Shown here in pieces: positions 38,483 through 48,713 of a stretch of DNA of 64,000 nt. Position numbers and translations under genes: made by a program. This DNA is from an uncultured Gammaproteobacteria bacterium (GTDB taxonomy: Bacteria; Patescibacteriota; Patescibacteriia; CAZGFX01), in NCBI GenBank assembly GCA_964524845.1, contig CAZGFX010000001.1, positions 75,823 through 139,822 of the forward strand, in the 5' to 3' direction. The notes under the pieces were generated by a model. The model saw only the letters and a program-made list of their open reading frames with translations. It was not told where the DNA came from and searched no databases. Each line of letters starts with the position of its first letter. The first letter of the stretch is position 1.

Positions 38483-38916
38483 GGGGGTGTTATATATTCG
38501 ACACCAATACTTTTACAGCGTTGCAAGCAAGTACGTTTTTGCCTTTCGTTAAAAAACGGCAGCACTTTTAAGTGCAAGACGAAATTCTAAAACACTTGTT
38601 GCTGCGATGAAAGAGCGTCTTAATGTAGCTTTGGCTGCATTACGAAATGCTTTCTCCAGTGCAGTGTTTGCTCCTGTAGCTGCCTAATCGCACCTACACA
38701 TCCGCGTTTGTGATCTCTGATAGCAAACATCGGGTGTCAAAATATCAGAGTCGTGCAAAGTATTTCGTGTTTACTTTGTTACGATAATTTTAACACGAAA
38801 ACCTTCTGGTGTTTTTGTAAGTTTTCGATCCAGAAGAAATTTAAAAACTTGCTACACTTGTAGAATGCTTCGCTGGGGTTTGATGGACAGGGGCGTAATT
38901 CCCCTCACCTCCACCA
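38483..38916 (+). ncRNA. ssrA: tmRNA; tag reading frame 38574-38687
   Basis: GGGGGTG/CACCTCC-ACCA acceptor with G3-U pair, TTCGAC near 5' end, GGAC before T-arm, tag ending VAA; follows smpB. Confidence 0.95.
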
Positions 38917-38953
38917 TTGTTATAGAAATTTAATAGTCTAGAAAAACAAACGT

Positions 38954-39517
38954 ATTCGAAAGAACAACAGCTTCTTCCACAAAAAAGAACCGGAGGCGCG
39001 TATCAACGAAGCGATCCGTGCGCGCGAAGTGCGCGTTATTGATGTGGAAGGAACAATGCTCGGCGTCATGCCAATCAATGAAGCGCTTGATCGTTCTTTA
39101 GCGGAAGAGTGCGACCTCATTGAGGTTGCCCCAAACGCAAATCCTCCAGTGTGTAAAATCATGGATTACGGTAAATATAAATACGAAGAGGATAAAAAGA
39201 AAAAGAAACAGAAAGCACAAACCAAGAAAGTCGACCTCAAAATAGTCCGTTTTTCATTAATAATTGGGGAACACGATCTCGAAATCAAGGCCCGATCAGC
39301 GCATAAGTTTCTAGTCGCCGGACATAAGGTGCGTCTCGAACTCGCTCTGTTTGGACGCCAGAAACAACATACGGCACTTGTCGAACCGTTGTTTAAAAAA
39401 TTTATGAACAAGCTCGATATCATAAATAATTCGGAGAAAGAGAAGGTTAGTTTTTCAATCGAGCAACCATTCGAACGCCAAGCGTTCAGATTTAGCATGT
39501 TACTCAGAACCAAGTAA
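38954..39517 (+). CDS. infC: Translation initiation factor IF-3 (ATT start)
   Basis: RINEAIRAREVRVI, PPVCKIMDYGKYKYE; in-frame stop at 38939 and no ATG/GTG before conserved N-terminus. Confidence 0.92.
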   Translation: MRKNNSFFHKKEPEARINEAIRAREVRVIDVEGTMLGVMPINEALDRSLAEECDLIEVAPNANPPVCKIMDYGKYKYEEDKKKKKQKAQTKKVDLKIVRFSLIIGEHDLEIKARSAHKFLVAGHKVRLELALFGRQKQHTALVEPLFKKFMNKLDIINNSEKEKVSFSIEQPFERQAFRFSMLLRTK

Positions 39518-39531
39518 GTTATTAAATGATT

Positions 39532-39744
39532 ATGCCAAAATTAAAAACAAGTAAGGCTGTTGCGAAACGTCTACGAATCACCCGAACCGGCAAAATTATA
39601 AAACGTTCGGCTGGACAAGACCATTTTAATGCAAATGAAGGCGGCAAGAAAAAACGCAACAAACGATCGGATCGCATTGTAAGTGCGACCCAAAAAAGAA
39701 ACATCGCCGCATGTGTGCCATATTCTGCACACAAGATTATCTAA
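39532..39744 (+). CDS. rpmI: 50S ribosomal protein L35
   Basis: MPKLKTSKAVAKR..IT.TGK; between infC and rplT. Confidence 0.93.
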   Translation: MPKLKTSKAVAKRLRITRTGKIIKRSAGQDHFNANEGGKKKRNKRSDRIVSATQKRNIAACVPYSAHKII

Positions 39745-39770
39745 TAGTAATGAATTTTAATTGATATTGT

Positions 39771-40118
39771 ATGCCAAGAGTTAAAAGAGGCGTGATGCAC
39801 GCTAAGCGCCGAAAAAATTTACAAAAGCGCACCAAGGGATACTTGAGTACTCGCAAAAGCACGATAAAGATGGGACATCAGGCTATTTTAAAAGCGGGTA
39901 AAAATGCGTATGTTGGACGAAAGCTCAAAAAACGCACTTCGCGCTCATTGTTTACAGTACGACTAAATGCTGCTGTTCGTGAACACGGTATGACGTATAG
40001 TGTATTTATTAATGCACTCAAAAAGAAAAACATCATCCTAGACAGAAAAGTTCTATCACAAATGGCTGCCAATCACCCAGATGCGTTTGGCAAACTCGTC
40101 GCATACGTAAAAGCATAA
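39771..40118 (+). CDS. rplT: 50S ribosomal protein L20
   Basis: MPRVKRG, RLNAAVR, LDRKVLS. Confidence 0.96.
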   Translation: MPRVKRGVMHAKRRKNLQKRTKGYLSTRKSTIKMGHQAILKAGKNAYVGRKLKKRTSRSLFTVRLNAAVREHGMTYSVFINALKKKNIILDRKVLSQMAANHPDAFGKLVAYVKA

Positions 40119-40137
40119 TCAATAATAGAGATAATTA

Positions 40138-40172
40138 AAAAAAACCGTCCTGTGTTGCGAGACGGTTTTTTT
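40138..40172. terminator. Bidirectional terminator
   Basis: AAAAAACCGTC/GACGGTTTTTT. Confidence 0.8.
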
Positions 40173-40200
40173 GATAACAAAAATTTAATTAATTGAATTA

Positions 40201-40764
40201 TTAGTGATAAGTTGATGATATAATTAAATTTTTAACCAACGATACCGGAATATTCGATTTTAAAACTATTTGAAATGTTGGAATAAATTCATCTTTTTCG
40301 TTCGTTTTAAAAACGCTTTTTCTGTCTTTTTTAAAAGATACATCATCGTTTGTTGTAATAATACCTTCAATATCGACAATATATTCGTTTAATCCAAGAG
40401 AATTAGAGATATATGTGGCAATTTTTATATAATCCGTATGTAATTTCCAAGCAACGTCTAGATTTCTTACAAATAAAAAGACTTGATTTTTAACGTCGGA
40501 AATCACCAAAACAATTCCACAGTCTTCATTCCACGGAATAAAACCGATTCGATTTACCCAGTCAGATTCTTTTGTAATATAAAGGTTGAAATCTGAATCG
40601 TCTCTGTGTATTGCCGAATAAACAAAAGTTCTTTTCAAGAAACCGAAAGGAATGTTTTGCATAAAGATTTTATGCGACCCGGAATCTGTTATTACGCCTA
40701 TCTGAAAAATAGCGCACAACTCTTTCCCAGGACGAATTTGTAACGTACTCGCAGTAAAACTCAT
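40201..40764 (-). CDS. Hypothetical protein
   Basis: 187-aa ORF, AAGGGGG RBS, TTGCAA-N17-TATAAA. Confidence 0.65.
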   Translation of the reverse strand: MSFTASTLQIRPGKELCAIFQIGVITDSGSHKIFMQNIPFGFLKRTFVYSAIHRDDSDFNLYITKESDWVNRIGFIPWNEDCGIVLVISDVKNQVFLFVRNLDVAWKLHTDYIKIATYISNSLGLNEYIVDIEGIITTNDDVSFKKDRKSVFKTNEKDEFIPTFQIVLKSNIPVSLVKNLIISSTYH

Positions 40765-40879
40765 TATACGATCCCCCTTTCTGTCAAAAGTTATTTATTA
40801 AATTATTTGATTGTTTTTTTATTTTATATCACGAAATAAAAAACTTTGCAAGTTTTTTCAATAAACAAAGTGATTTGTT

Positions 40880-43279
40880 TTATATAACAATATTTATAAC
40901 CTTATTTGGAACAACAATCATCTTCTTATACTCTTTGCAGTACTCTGATAAATCCTTATTGTTTTTCAATATAACCAACGCGGATTTCTCGTCTATCACG
41001 GTATCATTTGGAATGATTATCTCCATCTTCTTTTTTCCGTTTATAGAAACAACCACATGTACATCTTCGTGTACAAAAGATTCCATGGCCGGCCATGTTT
41101 CGTTAACAATTAAACCAGTCTCTCCACATACTTGCCACAACTCCTCAGCAATATGAGGAATAAAAGTGGCTATGAGAAGCAGTGCTGTACGACGATCTTT
41201 TTCAGTATATCCTTTATCTTTAAGGGCGTTGATATATATCATTAATGATGAAACAGCCGTATTGAATTTAAATTGAGAAATATCTTCTGTAACTTTTTGT
41301 ATTGTTTTGTTACGAATGACTTCATGAATTTTCTCGTCTTTAGTAATCAAATCTTTCTGGTATATAAAAAGGTTCCATATTTTTTCTACAAACCTTACGG
41401 ATCCATTAATACCCTTCGGATCCCACGGACCTCCGATATCATATTGCGCCATAAAACAAAGATGAAGACGCACAACATCGGTTCCATATTCCGCAATCAA
41501 TGCATCTGGATCAACCACATTTCCTTTGGATTTAGACATCTTCTGTCCGTCCGGACCAAGTATAATTCCTTGGTTTTTCAATGATGGAAAAGGTTCGCTA
41601 AAATTAATATATCCGGCATCACGTAAAAATTTAGTAAAAAATCTCGCATAAATAAGATGCATAGTAACATGCTCTATGCCACCAACATACATATCAACCG
41701 GAAGCCATTTTTTTAAAGATTCTATTGAAGCAAACTTTTCTGTATTTTTAGGGTCAGCATATCTGAGAAAGTACCAAGATGAACACATAAACGTATCCAT
41801 GGTATCGGTTTCGCGAAGCGCTTGACCTCCACAAGAAGGACACTTGGTATGATAAAATTTCTCATCATATTTCAATGGCGATTCGCCAGTTGGTTTGATT
41901 TGATCTGTATCAGGAAGAAGCACAGGAAGCTGATCGTCTGGAACAGCGACAGAACCACATTTCTCACAGTTAATAATGGGAATAGGGGCTCCCCAATATC
42001 GTTGTCTAGAAATACTCCAATCCTTAAGACGGAAAAAAATGGTTTTTTTTCCAAGTTCTTTTTCTGTTAAAAATAAGGAGATTGCATCACGCGCCTCCGC
42101 AGAAGACATGTTTGTAAATCCATCTGAATGAACTAATACACCATCATCACATACTGCTCTCGCACCATCATACTGATTATTTGTACACGCAATTACCTGC
42201 TTGATGTTTAAATTATATTTTTTCGCAAATTCAAAATCACGATCATCATGCGCTGGCACTGCCATCACGGCTCCCATACCATAATGCATTAAAACATAAT
42301 CTGCTATATATATGGGAAGTTTTTCTCCTGTTACGGGATGTGATGCGTATGATCCTGTAAAAACACCAGTCTTGTTTTTTGCTCCTTGTTCTCTCTCAAG
42401 CGATGTTTTGCTTTTGGCCTCTTTTATATATTCACGAACCTTTGATGAATTTTCTTCTGTTGTAAGAATATTAACGAGATGATGTTCTGGCGCCAAAACA
42501 AGATATGTAACGCCCATAAGCGTATCGACACGCGTCGTAAAAACTATTATTTTTTCACTAATTTCTTCTAATGGAAAATGCACTTCTGTTCCTTCTGATC
42601 TGCCTATCCAGTTTTTTTGTGTAATTTTTGCTCTATCAGACCAGTTCATTGATTCTAAATTATTATATAGTTCCTCCGCATAATCAGTAATACGAAGAAA
42701 CCACTGATCAATGTCTTTCTGAACAACCTCGGTCTCACATCTCTCGCAAGCGCCACCAACTACCTGCTCATTAGCAAGAACTGTCTGACACGACGGACAC
42801 CAGTTTGCGCTTTGTTTCCTCTTATATGCCAGTCCTTTTTTAAACATCTGAGCAAACATCCATTGTGTCCACTTATAATACTCAGGCGAGCTCGTTATTA
42901 TCTCACGTGAAAAATCAAACATTGTTCCTATCTTCTTGAGTTGTTCTCTCATCTTTTCTATATTTCCGTCTGTCCACGTCCTAGGAGAAACACCGTGTTT
43001 AATTGCAGCATTCTCGGCAGGAAGACCGAAAGCGTCGAATCCTATTGGAAAGAGAACATTGTCCCCACTCATACGACAAAAACGAGCATATACATCTGTT
43101 GGAGCAAAGTTATACCAATGACCAATATGAAGATTTCCTGACGGATATGGAAACATGACCAAAATATAGTTTTTTGGTTTTTTAGAAGCTTCGTCTGTTT
43201 TATAAACACCTTCTTTTTCCCAGGCATCCCTCCACTTCTGTTCTATTGATTTTATATCTGTTATAGAATCCATATGCAT
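40880..43279 (-). CDS. leuS: Leucyl-tRNA synthetase
   Basis: MFPYPSGNLHIGH, VFTTRVDT, SRQRYWG, KMSKS. Confidence 0.96.
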   Translation of the reverse strand: MHMDSITDIKSIEQKWRDAWEKEGVYKTDEASKKPKNYILVMFPYPSGNLHIGHWYNFAPTDVYARFCRMSGDNVLFPIGFDAFGLPAENAAIKHGVSPRTWTDGNIEKMREQLKKIGTMFDFSREIITSSPEYYKWTQWMFAQMFKKGLAYKRKQSANWCPSCQTVLANEQVVGGACERCETEVVQKDIDQWFLRITDYAEELYNNLESMNWSDRAKITQKNWIGRSEGTEVHFPLEEISEKIIVFTTRVDTLMGVTYLVLAPEHHLVNILTTEENSSKVREYIKEAKSKTSLEREQGAKNKTGVFTGSYASHPVTGEKLPIYIADYVLMHYGMGAVMAVPAHDDRDFEFAKKYNLNIKQVIACTNNQYDGARAVCDDGVLVHSDGFTNMSSAEARDAISLFLTEKELGKKTIFFRLKDWSISRQRYWGAPIPIINCEKCGSVAVPDDQLPVLLPDTDQIKPTGESPLKYDEKFYHTKCPSCGGQALRETDTMDTFMCSSWYFLRYADPKNTEKFASIESLKKWLPVDMYVGGIEHVTMHLIYARFFTKFLRDAGYINFSEPFPSLKNQGIILGPDGQKMSKSKGNVVDPDALIAEYGTDVVRLHLCFMAQYDIGGPWDPKGINGSVRFVEKIWNLFIYQKDLITKDEKIHEVIRNKTIQKVTEDISQFKFNTAVSSLMIYINALKDKGYTEKDRRTALLLIATFIPHIAEELWQVCGETGLIVNETWPAMESFVHEDVHVVVSINGKKKMEIIIPNDTVIDEKSALVILKNNKDLSEYCKEYKKMIVVPNKVINIVI

Positions 43280-43398
43280 TTTTTACTATGTGTATATAGT
43301 AACAATTTCGGCTTTTATTAGCAATATTTAATATCTTTTGTTTTTTGAAAATAAAAAGGCCCCGTAAATAAACGGGGTCCTTATTTGATACTGATAGA

Positions 43399-43518
43399 TT
43401 AAAGATTGAGCAGGGCCAACATTGCCCCAAAATTTGCTTTTTCTTTTTCAATTTGTTCCTGTGTTTTCGCAGGCAATCTTTTAAATACTAAGAATAAAAT
43501 TTCCAATAATTTTTTCAT
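43399..43518 (-). CDS. 39-aa small protein
   Basis: AAAGGAG; MKKLLEILFLVFKRLPAKTQEQIEKEKANFGAMLALLNL; followed by terminator ~43357-43382. Confidence 0.5.
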   Translation of the reverse strand: MKKLLEILFLVFKRLPAKTQEQIEKEKANFGAMLALLNL

Positions 43519-43606
43519 TTTTTCTCCTTTTTTTGCGAGTTTTTTAAGTTGTTTTAATTATTTTTTCTATTTGTTAATTACATTATAGCCCATCAGAATG
43601 GAAAAA

Positions 43607-44515
43607 TCAAGTTTTTGGGATAAGAAGTTCTTTTTTTATAAATTTAAACAATGGAATAAGTTTGTTTGGTTCAATGTTTAATTCAATAGCCCTATCCAAA
43701 AACTCTTTTATAACGAAGTTTAAATTAACTCTTCCGAAAGATCCTGACTTGTCTCTTCTGTCTATCTCTCCTCGAAAAAGAGATCCGTCAAGCAAATCCA
43801 TCAAAGATGACACTTGCCATAAAACACGCGCATTATCAGTAATATCATTCTTGAACAAACTATATAGATGAGGAGATTTTCCATTTATATAGTGATGGGT
43901 TTTCATGACGAATAAAAAACGTTCGTCAAGTTTCAGTGCATTACACAAGAACACACCATCAATCACATGTCGTCTGATACCACTTCTTTGATATAATTTT
44001 ACTTTAGAAAAATATCTTTCTGTCCAAAAAACCTTCCCTATATCATGAATTAAGCAGTTTTGGATAATAGTATCCGACAACATGTCGGTATAACGACCAA
44101 GAAACTCACTTCGCATCGCCATATCAACAAAATAAGCTAATCTTAAAACATGATTATAAGTTTTTTCTGGAGATCTGACTTTTAGTAATACTAGTAGTGC
44201 TGATATTTTTTCTGAGTCGGACACAATTGAGTATTTTTCGAAAAACGTGACTATGTGCGATGTTAAAAGACGCACAAAAAGCCGATGAGAAATAATCTTT
44301 ATACATCTCATCACAATGTTTGAGAAGAAGAATTTCATCTCCCCTTCTAATAAGTCGCGTAAATCATAATCGAGTCTTTTCAGTAAATGTTTTATTCTAA
44401 CTCGTTTAAACTCACCTAAGTGATACGACATTTTTACGCGATCAATTTCTTTTTCAAAAATCTCTTTTTTTATTTCTTCGCACAATGTTTTCAAACCATC
44501 TTCATGATTTTTCAT
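43607..44515 (-). CDS. HD-domain phosphohydrolase (HD-GYP-like, no GYP)
   Basis: TYNHVLR, IHDIGK, RRHV..G, THH, MDLLD. Confidence 0.75.
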   Translation of the reverse strand: MKNHEDGLKTLCEEIKKEIFEKEIDRVKMSYHLGEFKRVRIKHLLKRLDYDLRDLLEGEMKFFFSNIVMRCIKIISHRLFVRLLTSHIVTFFEKYSIVSDSEKISALLVLLKVRSPEKTYNHVLRLAYFVDMAMRSEFLGRYTDMLSDTIIQNCLIHDIGKVFWTERYFSKVKLYQRSGIRRHVIDGVFLCNALKLDERFLFVMKTHHYINGKSPHLYSLFKNDITDNARVLWQVSSLMDLLDGSLFRGEIDRRDKSGSFGRVNLNFVIKEFLDRAIELNIEPNKLIPLFKFIKKELLIPKT

Positions 44516-44692
44516 GTATAAACCCTTTTTTTGTTTTTTTGATTGTTTTTATTATGTAATTATAGCATAATTGTATATTTTAATCAAGCGTTCTATTTTA
44601 TGTGATATTAGCCATAAAAAATGTTTTTGTGCACATGTTAAGTACTTGAAAAAAAGCCTTTGTTCCGCTAGAATTATACCGTTCTTTAATAT

Positions 44693-44769
44693 GGTCCGGT
44701 AGTTCAGTTGGTTAGAATGCTTCCCTGTCACGGAAGAGGTCGCGGGTTCGAGTCCCGTCCGGACCGCCA
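44693..44769 (+). tRNA. tRNA-Asp(GTC)
   Basis: Cloverleaf, CTTCC-CTGTCAC-GGAAG, CCA; TTGAAA-N17-TAGAAT promoter. Confidence 0.96.
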
Positions 44770-44877
44770 TACTACCCCTGAAACAAGTTCAGGGTTCGTA
44801 TGGCAGGCCATACTAAAATACTGTTTCGCAGTGCTTCGTGTGGCATTCAAGATTTTTAATATCAAAAAACAGAACGC

Positions 44878-45690
44878 TTAGTCCTGTTTTTTTTGTTGGG
44901 GAAATTTTTTCATATACCACAGCCCAATAATAGATGCTATTAATATTATAATACTCGTTATAATTGGACTCCTGATACCGAATACTGTACTTGTCGGATC
45001 AATACGAAAAAATTCAAGACATATGCGTATTATGGAATATCCTGCAATATATGTTAAAAAAACATATCCGTAACGTACTCGCTCAGAAAAAAGCATCTTG
45101 ATCAATATAAAAAACAAAACGAAATCAAGAAGCGATTCATATAAAAAAACAGGATGAAACAGCGCCTTCGTAATATATTGCGGAATTCGGTGAGAAAGAT
45201 CAATTGATATTGCCCACGGCATATCTGTTGGTTTCCCGAAAAGTTCTTGATTGAAAAAATTTCCCCATCTTCCAATGGCCTGTCCGAGTGCTACTGCTGG
45301 TACCGTACAATCGAGAATTTTAAATAATGAGATTTTCTTTTTGTGTGCAAACCAAATTAGTGCAGCACATCCGAAAAGAATCGCACCATGAATCGCAAGT
45401 CCTCCTCCGCGTATATTTATAACATGATAAATGCTTTGTAAATAATATGACGGATCAACTACAAGCACCTCGTATATGCGCGCGCCGATGATGCCTATAA
45501 TAATCGTATAGAGCGCCGCATCATCAGCGAGACGCGCTGAAATAGAGCATCGGCGCGCGCATGCAGAGAAACATAAGTACGCTACACTGATGGCAATAAC
45601 CATTATAATTCCATACCAATACACTGGAAATACACCCAAGTTAAAAGCTATTTGATTCGGAATTATAGATTGCCACCAATTAAGATCCAT
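44878..45690 (-). CDS. lgt: Prolipoprotein diacylglyceryl transferase
   Basis: YWYG, GARIY, GGLAIHG, QAIGRWGNFFNQE, HPVFLYE. Confidence 0.95.
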   Translation of the reverse strand: MDLNWWQSIIPNQIAFNLGVFPVYWYGIIMVIAISVAYLCFSACARRCSISARLADDAALYTIIIGIIGARIYEVLVVDPSYYLQSIYHVINIRGGGLAIHGAILFGCAALIWFAHKKKISLFKILDCTVPAVALGQAIGRWGNFFNQELFGKPTDMPWAISIDLSHRIPQYITKALFHPVFLYESLLDFVLFFILIKMLFSERVRYGYVFLTYIAGYSIIRICLEFFRIDPTSTVFGIRSPIITSIIILIASIIGLWYMKKFPQQKKQD

Positions 45691-45707
45691 ATATTCGTAT
45701 AATGTTT

Positions 45708-46283
45708 TTATTGTGAAGCAACTGGACCAAGCTTAGCGCGAATTGCATCCTCAAGTTCTTCTTGCCAATACACCTTCCCATCAAGAACAAAAGACGGGGT
45801 TCCTTCCAATCCTAATGACACAGCTTCCTTAAGATCATCCCGAACCGTTTTATAATGAATCTTTTTATCAAAACAAATAGAGAAGTTTGTAATATCAAGT
45901 CCGGTTTCCTGTGCATATGAGAGTAGGTCGGTTTTTAGAAGTTTTTGTTGATTTGTAAACAACAGTTTGTGATACTCCCAAAATTTTCCTTGATCATTTG
46001 CACACAATGCAGCAGCCGCGGCATCAGAAGCATATTTATGTATCGGGAGCGGAAAATTTCTAAATTCAACCCGAACATTTGGGTATTTTTTAACAATATT
46101 TTCAACTTTTCCAACAGCCATTGCGCATGCTGGACATTCAAAATCTGTAAACTCCTGTATAACAATTGTAGCGTCAGTACTACCTTTAAACGGTCGAGGA
46201 CCGGACGTCAGTGTATACGCCGGTCCTCCGCATGCCGTTAAAAGAATACTTGCCGCAAGAATTGCGCCAATATATTTCTTCAT
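45708..46283 (-). CDS. DsbA-family lipoprotein
   Basis: Lipobox LTAC; DFECPAC; GTPSF. Confidence 0.88.
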   Translation of the reverse strand: MKKYIGAILAASILLTACGGPAYTLTSGPRPFKGSTDATIVIQEFTDFECPACAMAVGKVENIVKKYPNVRVEFRNFPLPIHKYASDAAAAALCANDQGKFWEYHKLLFTNQQKLLKTDLLSYAQETGLDITNFSICFDKKIHYKTVRDDLKEAVSLGLEGTPSFVLDGKVYWQEELEDAIRAKLGPVASQ

Positions 46284-46293
46284 AAATTACTCC

Positions 46294-47073
46294 TTATTTT
46301 TTATTGAGTATTTCCTCAACTGACGCAAGCGGATACGCTCCGGCTATCACCTCTTTATAGTTTACAAAAGACATTGGTGTTCCTGATACTCCTGCGTTTG
46401 CTCCATCTGTTGCTTGTTCTTGTACCTTCTTTAATGTGTCTTTATCCGCAATACAAGAAGCGAATTTGTCTTTGTTGATTTTGAGATCGGTAGCGACCTG
46501 AGCATAAAAATCCTTGCCCAATTTCGATTGATCAGCATACGCCTTATCAAGAAATGACCAGAACGCATCATTTCCTCCAAGAGAAGCAATACACTCTGCG
46601 GCAACCGCTGCATTCTCAGCCTCAGGATGAATTGATGTCAAAGGAAAATGACGATATATAACCTTCACATCTTTGTTTTTTTCAATCAACTCCTTCGTTG
46701 TTGCATGAAAACGAGCACAAAAAGGACACTGAATATCAGAATAAGTAACAATCACAGTCTTGCCGTTTTTGTTTCCTGTAACATGATCATTTTTTGAAAC
46801 CTTTGCTATTTTCGAACCGTCCGGCTCAGGAGGTTGTTGAGCATTGTTTTGTCCGTTTGCATTTCCAGAATCATCAATAACGACTTTTCCATTATCAGAT
46901 GATCCGCTTCGAATTGTTGCGCCCGTAGCAAGCACAATGATCAAAGCTACGGTACACAAAACAAGTATTCCTACAATAAGTCCGGCGAAAAAAGCTTGTT
47001 TACCGGAAAATGCATTTAAAAAACATTTTTTTTCACCACAACAAGTGGTATTTTCATGATTTTGGTGTTCCAT
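46294..47073 (-). CDS. Membrane-anchored DsbA-family protein
   Basis: TM; SDIQCPFC; RHFPL; GTP; start ATG 47073. Confidence 0.88.
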   Translation of the reverse strand: MEHQNHENTTCCGEKKCFLNAFSGKQAFFAGLIVGILVLCTVALIIVLATGATIRSGSSDNGKVVIDDSGNANGQNNAQQPPEPDGSKIAKVSKNDHVTGNKNGKTVIVTYSDIQCPFCARFHATTKELIEKNKDVKVIYRHFPLTSIHPEAENAAVAAECIASLGGNDAFWSFLDKAYADQSKLGKDFYAQVATDLKINKDKFASCIADKDTLKKVQEQATDGANAGVSGTPMSFVNYKEVIAGAYPLASVEEILNKK

Positions 47074-47166
47074 ATCTAAATATAATTTATTACTAATAAA
47101 CAAAAAGATTATAGCATAAAAATACTATAATCCCAACGATATATACACACAAAAAGAACCCTTAAA

Positions 47167-47811
47167 TTAGCCACGATGAAGAGCTTTTATACTACACGAG
47201 CACACAAGCGGCAAGCCTCTTTTTTTTGTTTCTTTAATTATATTTTCATTGTACGATCCAGGATTGAAATAAATAACCTCTGGTTTTTTATCTTCAATAT
47301 CATCAAGTATTGTTCTGACAACTCCTGGTGGAAGATAGATACTTATCATATTAAGATGAACTGGAATTTCATTTATAGATCTGTATACCTTTAGTCCACA
47401 CACCGAATCTCCATGAACATTCACTGGATAAACATCATAACCGGCATTAATATATTCTTCGACTGCTTTATGACTATAAACATATTCTTTTGAACTAGCG
47501 CCAAGAATCGCTATTGTTTTTCTGTTTGTATTATTATCAACATCACAAGATGCGTTAGCACACCATCTATTAAAAGCGGTATGAAAAGAAGCAATGTCTT
47601 TTGTTGAAACAACAATATTATTAAGAGTAACGAACGGTAGACGCGTATTTCCATGAGATATCCACGCCCATATTGCACGAAAACCAGATATAGATTCAAT
47701 TATTGCACACCATGCTTTGGGACACGACGAAAGCAACGACTCAACTTCTGCCTTCAATATTGAGTAGCGCGACGACCGTTTTGTAAGCGTGTAAATTCGA
47801 ATTGTAAGCAT
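47167..47811 (-). CDS. CoA-binding domain protein with ~90-aa N-terminal extension
   Basis: IAILGASS, YPVN, YFNPG, CSCSI; start ATG 47811. Confidence 0.75.
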   Translation of the reverse strand: MLTIRIYTLTKRSSRYSILKAEVESLLSSCPKAWCAIIESISGFRAIWAWISHGNTRLPFVTLNNIVVSTKDIASFHTAFNRWCANASCDVDNNTNRKTIAILGASSKEYVYSHKAVEEYINAGYDVYPVNVHGDSVCGLKVYRSINEIPVHLNMISIYLPPGVVRTILDDIEDKKPEVIYFNPGSYNENIIKETKKRGLPLVCSCSIKALHRG

Positions 47812-47836
47812 TGTGTTTTTTACTTGGAAAATAATT

Positions 47837-48709
47837 TTATTTTGTATTTTTGTTTTCAGCTGTATTATTTTCGTCAATTGTATCTGAAATGGCTTTTTGT
47901 GTCGTTCTCAACTCATCTAGAAGTCCGTCCAGAATATCGCGCGATACAGCTCCTGGAAGCCGAACATTGTTCACAAACAGTGTTGGTGTACCACGCACTC
48001 CAGCGTCATACCCTTCTTTATAATCAACTTGTATCTCGGGAAGATATTTCTGCGAATCAAGACATTGTGTAAAAGATGCTCGAGAAATTCCTGCTTCATC
48101 GGCATATGCGATTAAATTTTCGCGCGTAAAAGTACCTTGACGCTCGAACAGTATATCATGATATTGCCAAAACTTCCCTGAATCCTGTGCGCAATTTGCC
48201 GCAATAGCTGCTATGGTCGAATCAGGATGAAGCGACTCTATTGGAAAATCTCTGAATTGAACAAATACCGCGTTCGGGTTATCCAAAACAAAGTTACGAA
48301 GAGTTGACTCAAGCTCGGCTGAAAAAGGACACTCAAAATCGCTAAACACGACAATATGCATTATTGATGTATCGCGAGAACCGATAAAAGAATCATCGTT
48401 CGTCTCAACATTAGCCGTCATCACCTCGTCGCTCTGATCGCCTGATTCGCCAACAACTTTTGTTATTGCCGTATCACCCGCGAGAAACAAGCGAAACTCC
48501 CCTTTCGGAAGCAGTATACCGCTATCAAGATATGTGATGACGCGCGGCGCTTGATATAACAAAATTGCCGCGCACAAAATAATAAAAACCACAAACAGTA
48601 CAAAACTGAATGATCCTCGCCCCAAAAGCGCCGCGCGAAGTGTTTTGGCCTCTTCTGTGTCAGCTGTAAAAACAGGTGTTTTTTTAATCTGTTCTTTTTG
48701 TTTTGGCAT
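47837..48709 (-). CDS. Membrane-anchored DsbA-family protein (CxxS)
   Basis: SDFECPFS, RDFP, GVRGTPTLFVN. Confidence 0.88.
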   Translation of the reverse strand: MPKQKEQIKKTPVFTADTEEAKTLRAALLGRGSFSFVLFVVFIILCAAILLYQAPRVITYLDSGILLPKGEFRLFLAGDTAITKVVGESGDQSDEVMTANVETNDDSFIGSRDTSIMHIVVFSDFECPFSAELESTLRNFVLDNPNAVFVQFRDFPIESLHPDSTIAAIAANCAQDSGKFWQYHDILFERQGTFTRENLIAYADEAGISRASFTQCLDSQKYLPEIQVDYKEGYDAGVRGTPTLFVNNVRLPGAVSRDILDGLLDELRTTQKAISDTIDENNTAENKNTK

Positions 48710-48713
48710 GATA

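Noticed and set aside
44552-44770. 72-aa ORF
   Set aside because: Antisense to tRNA-Asp
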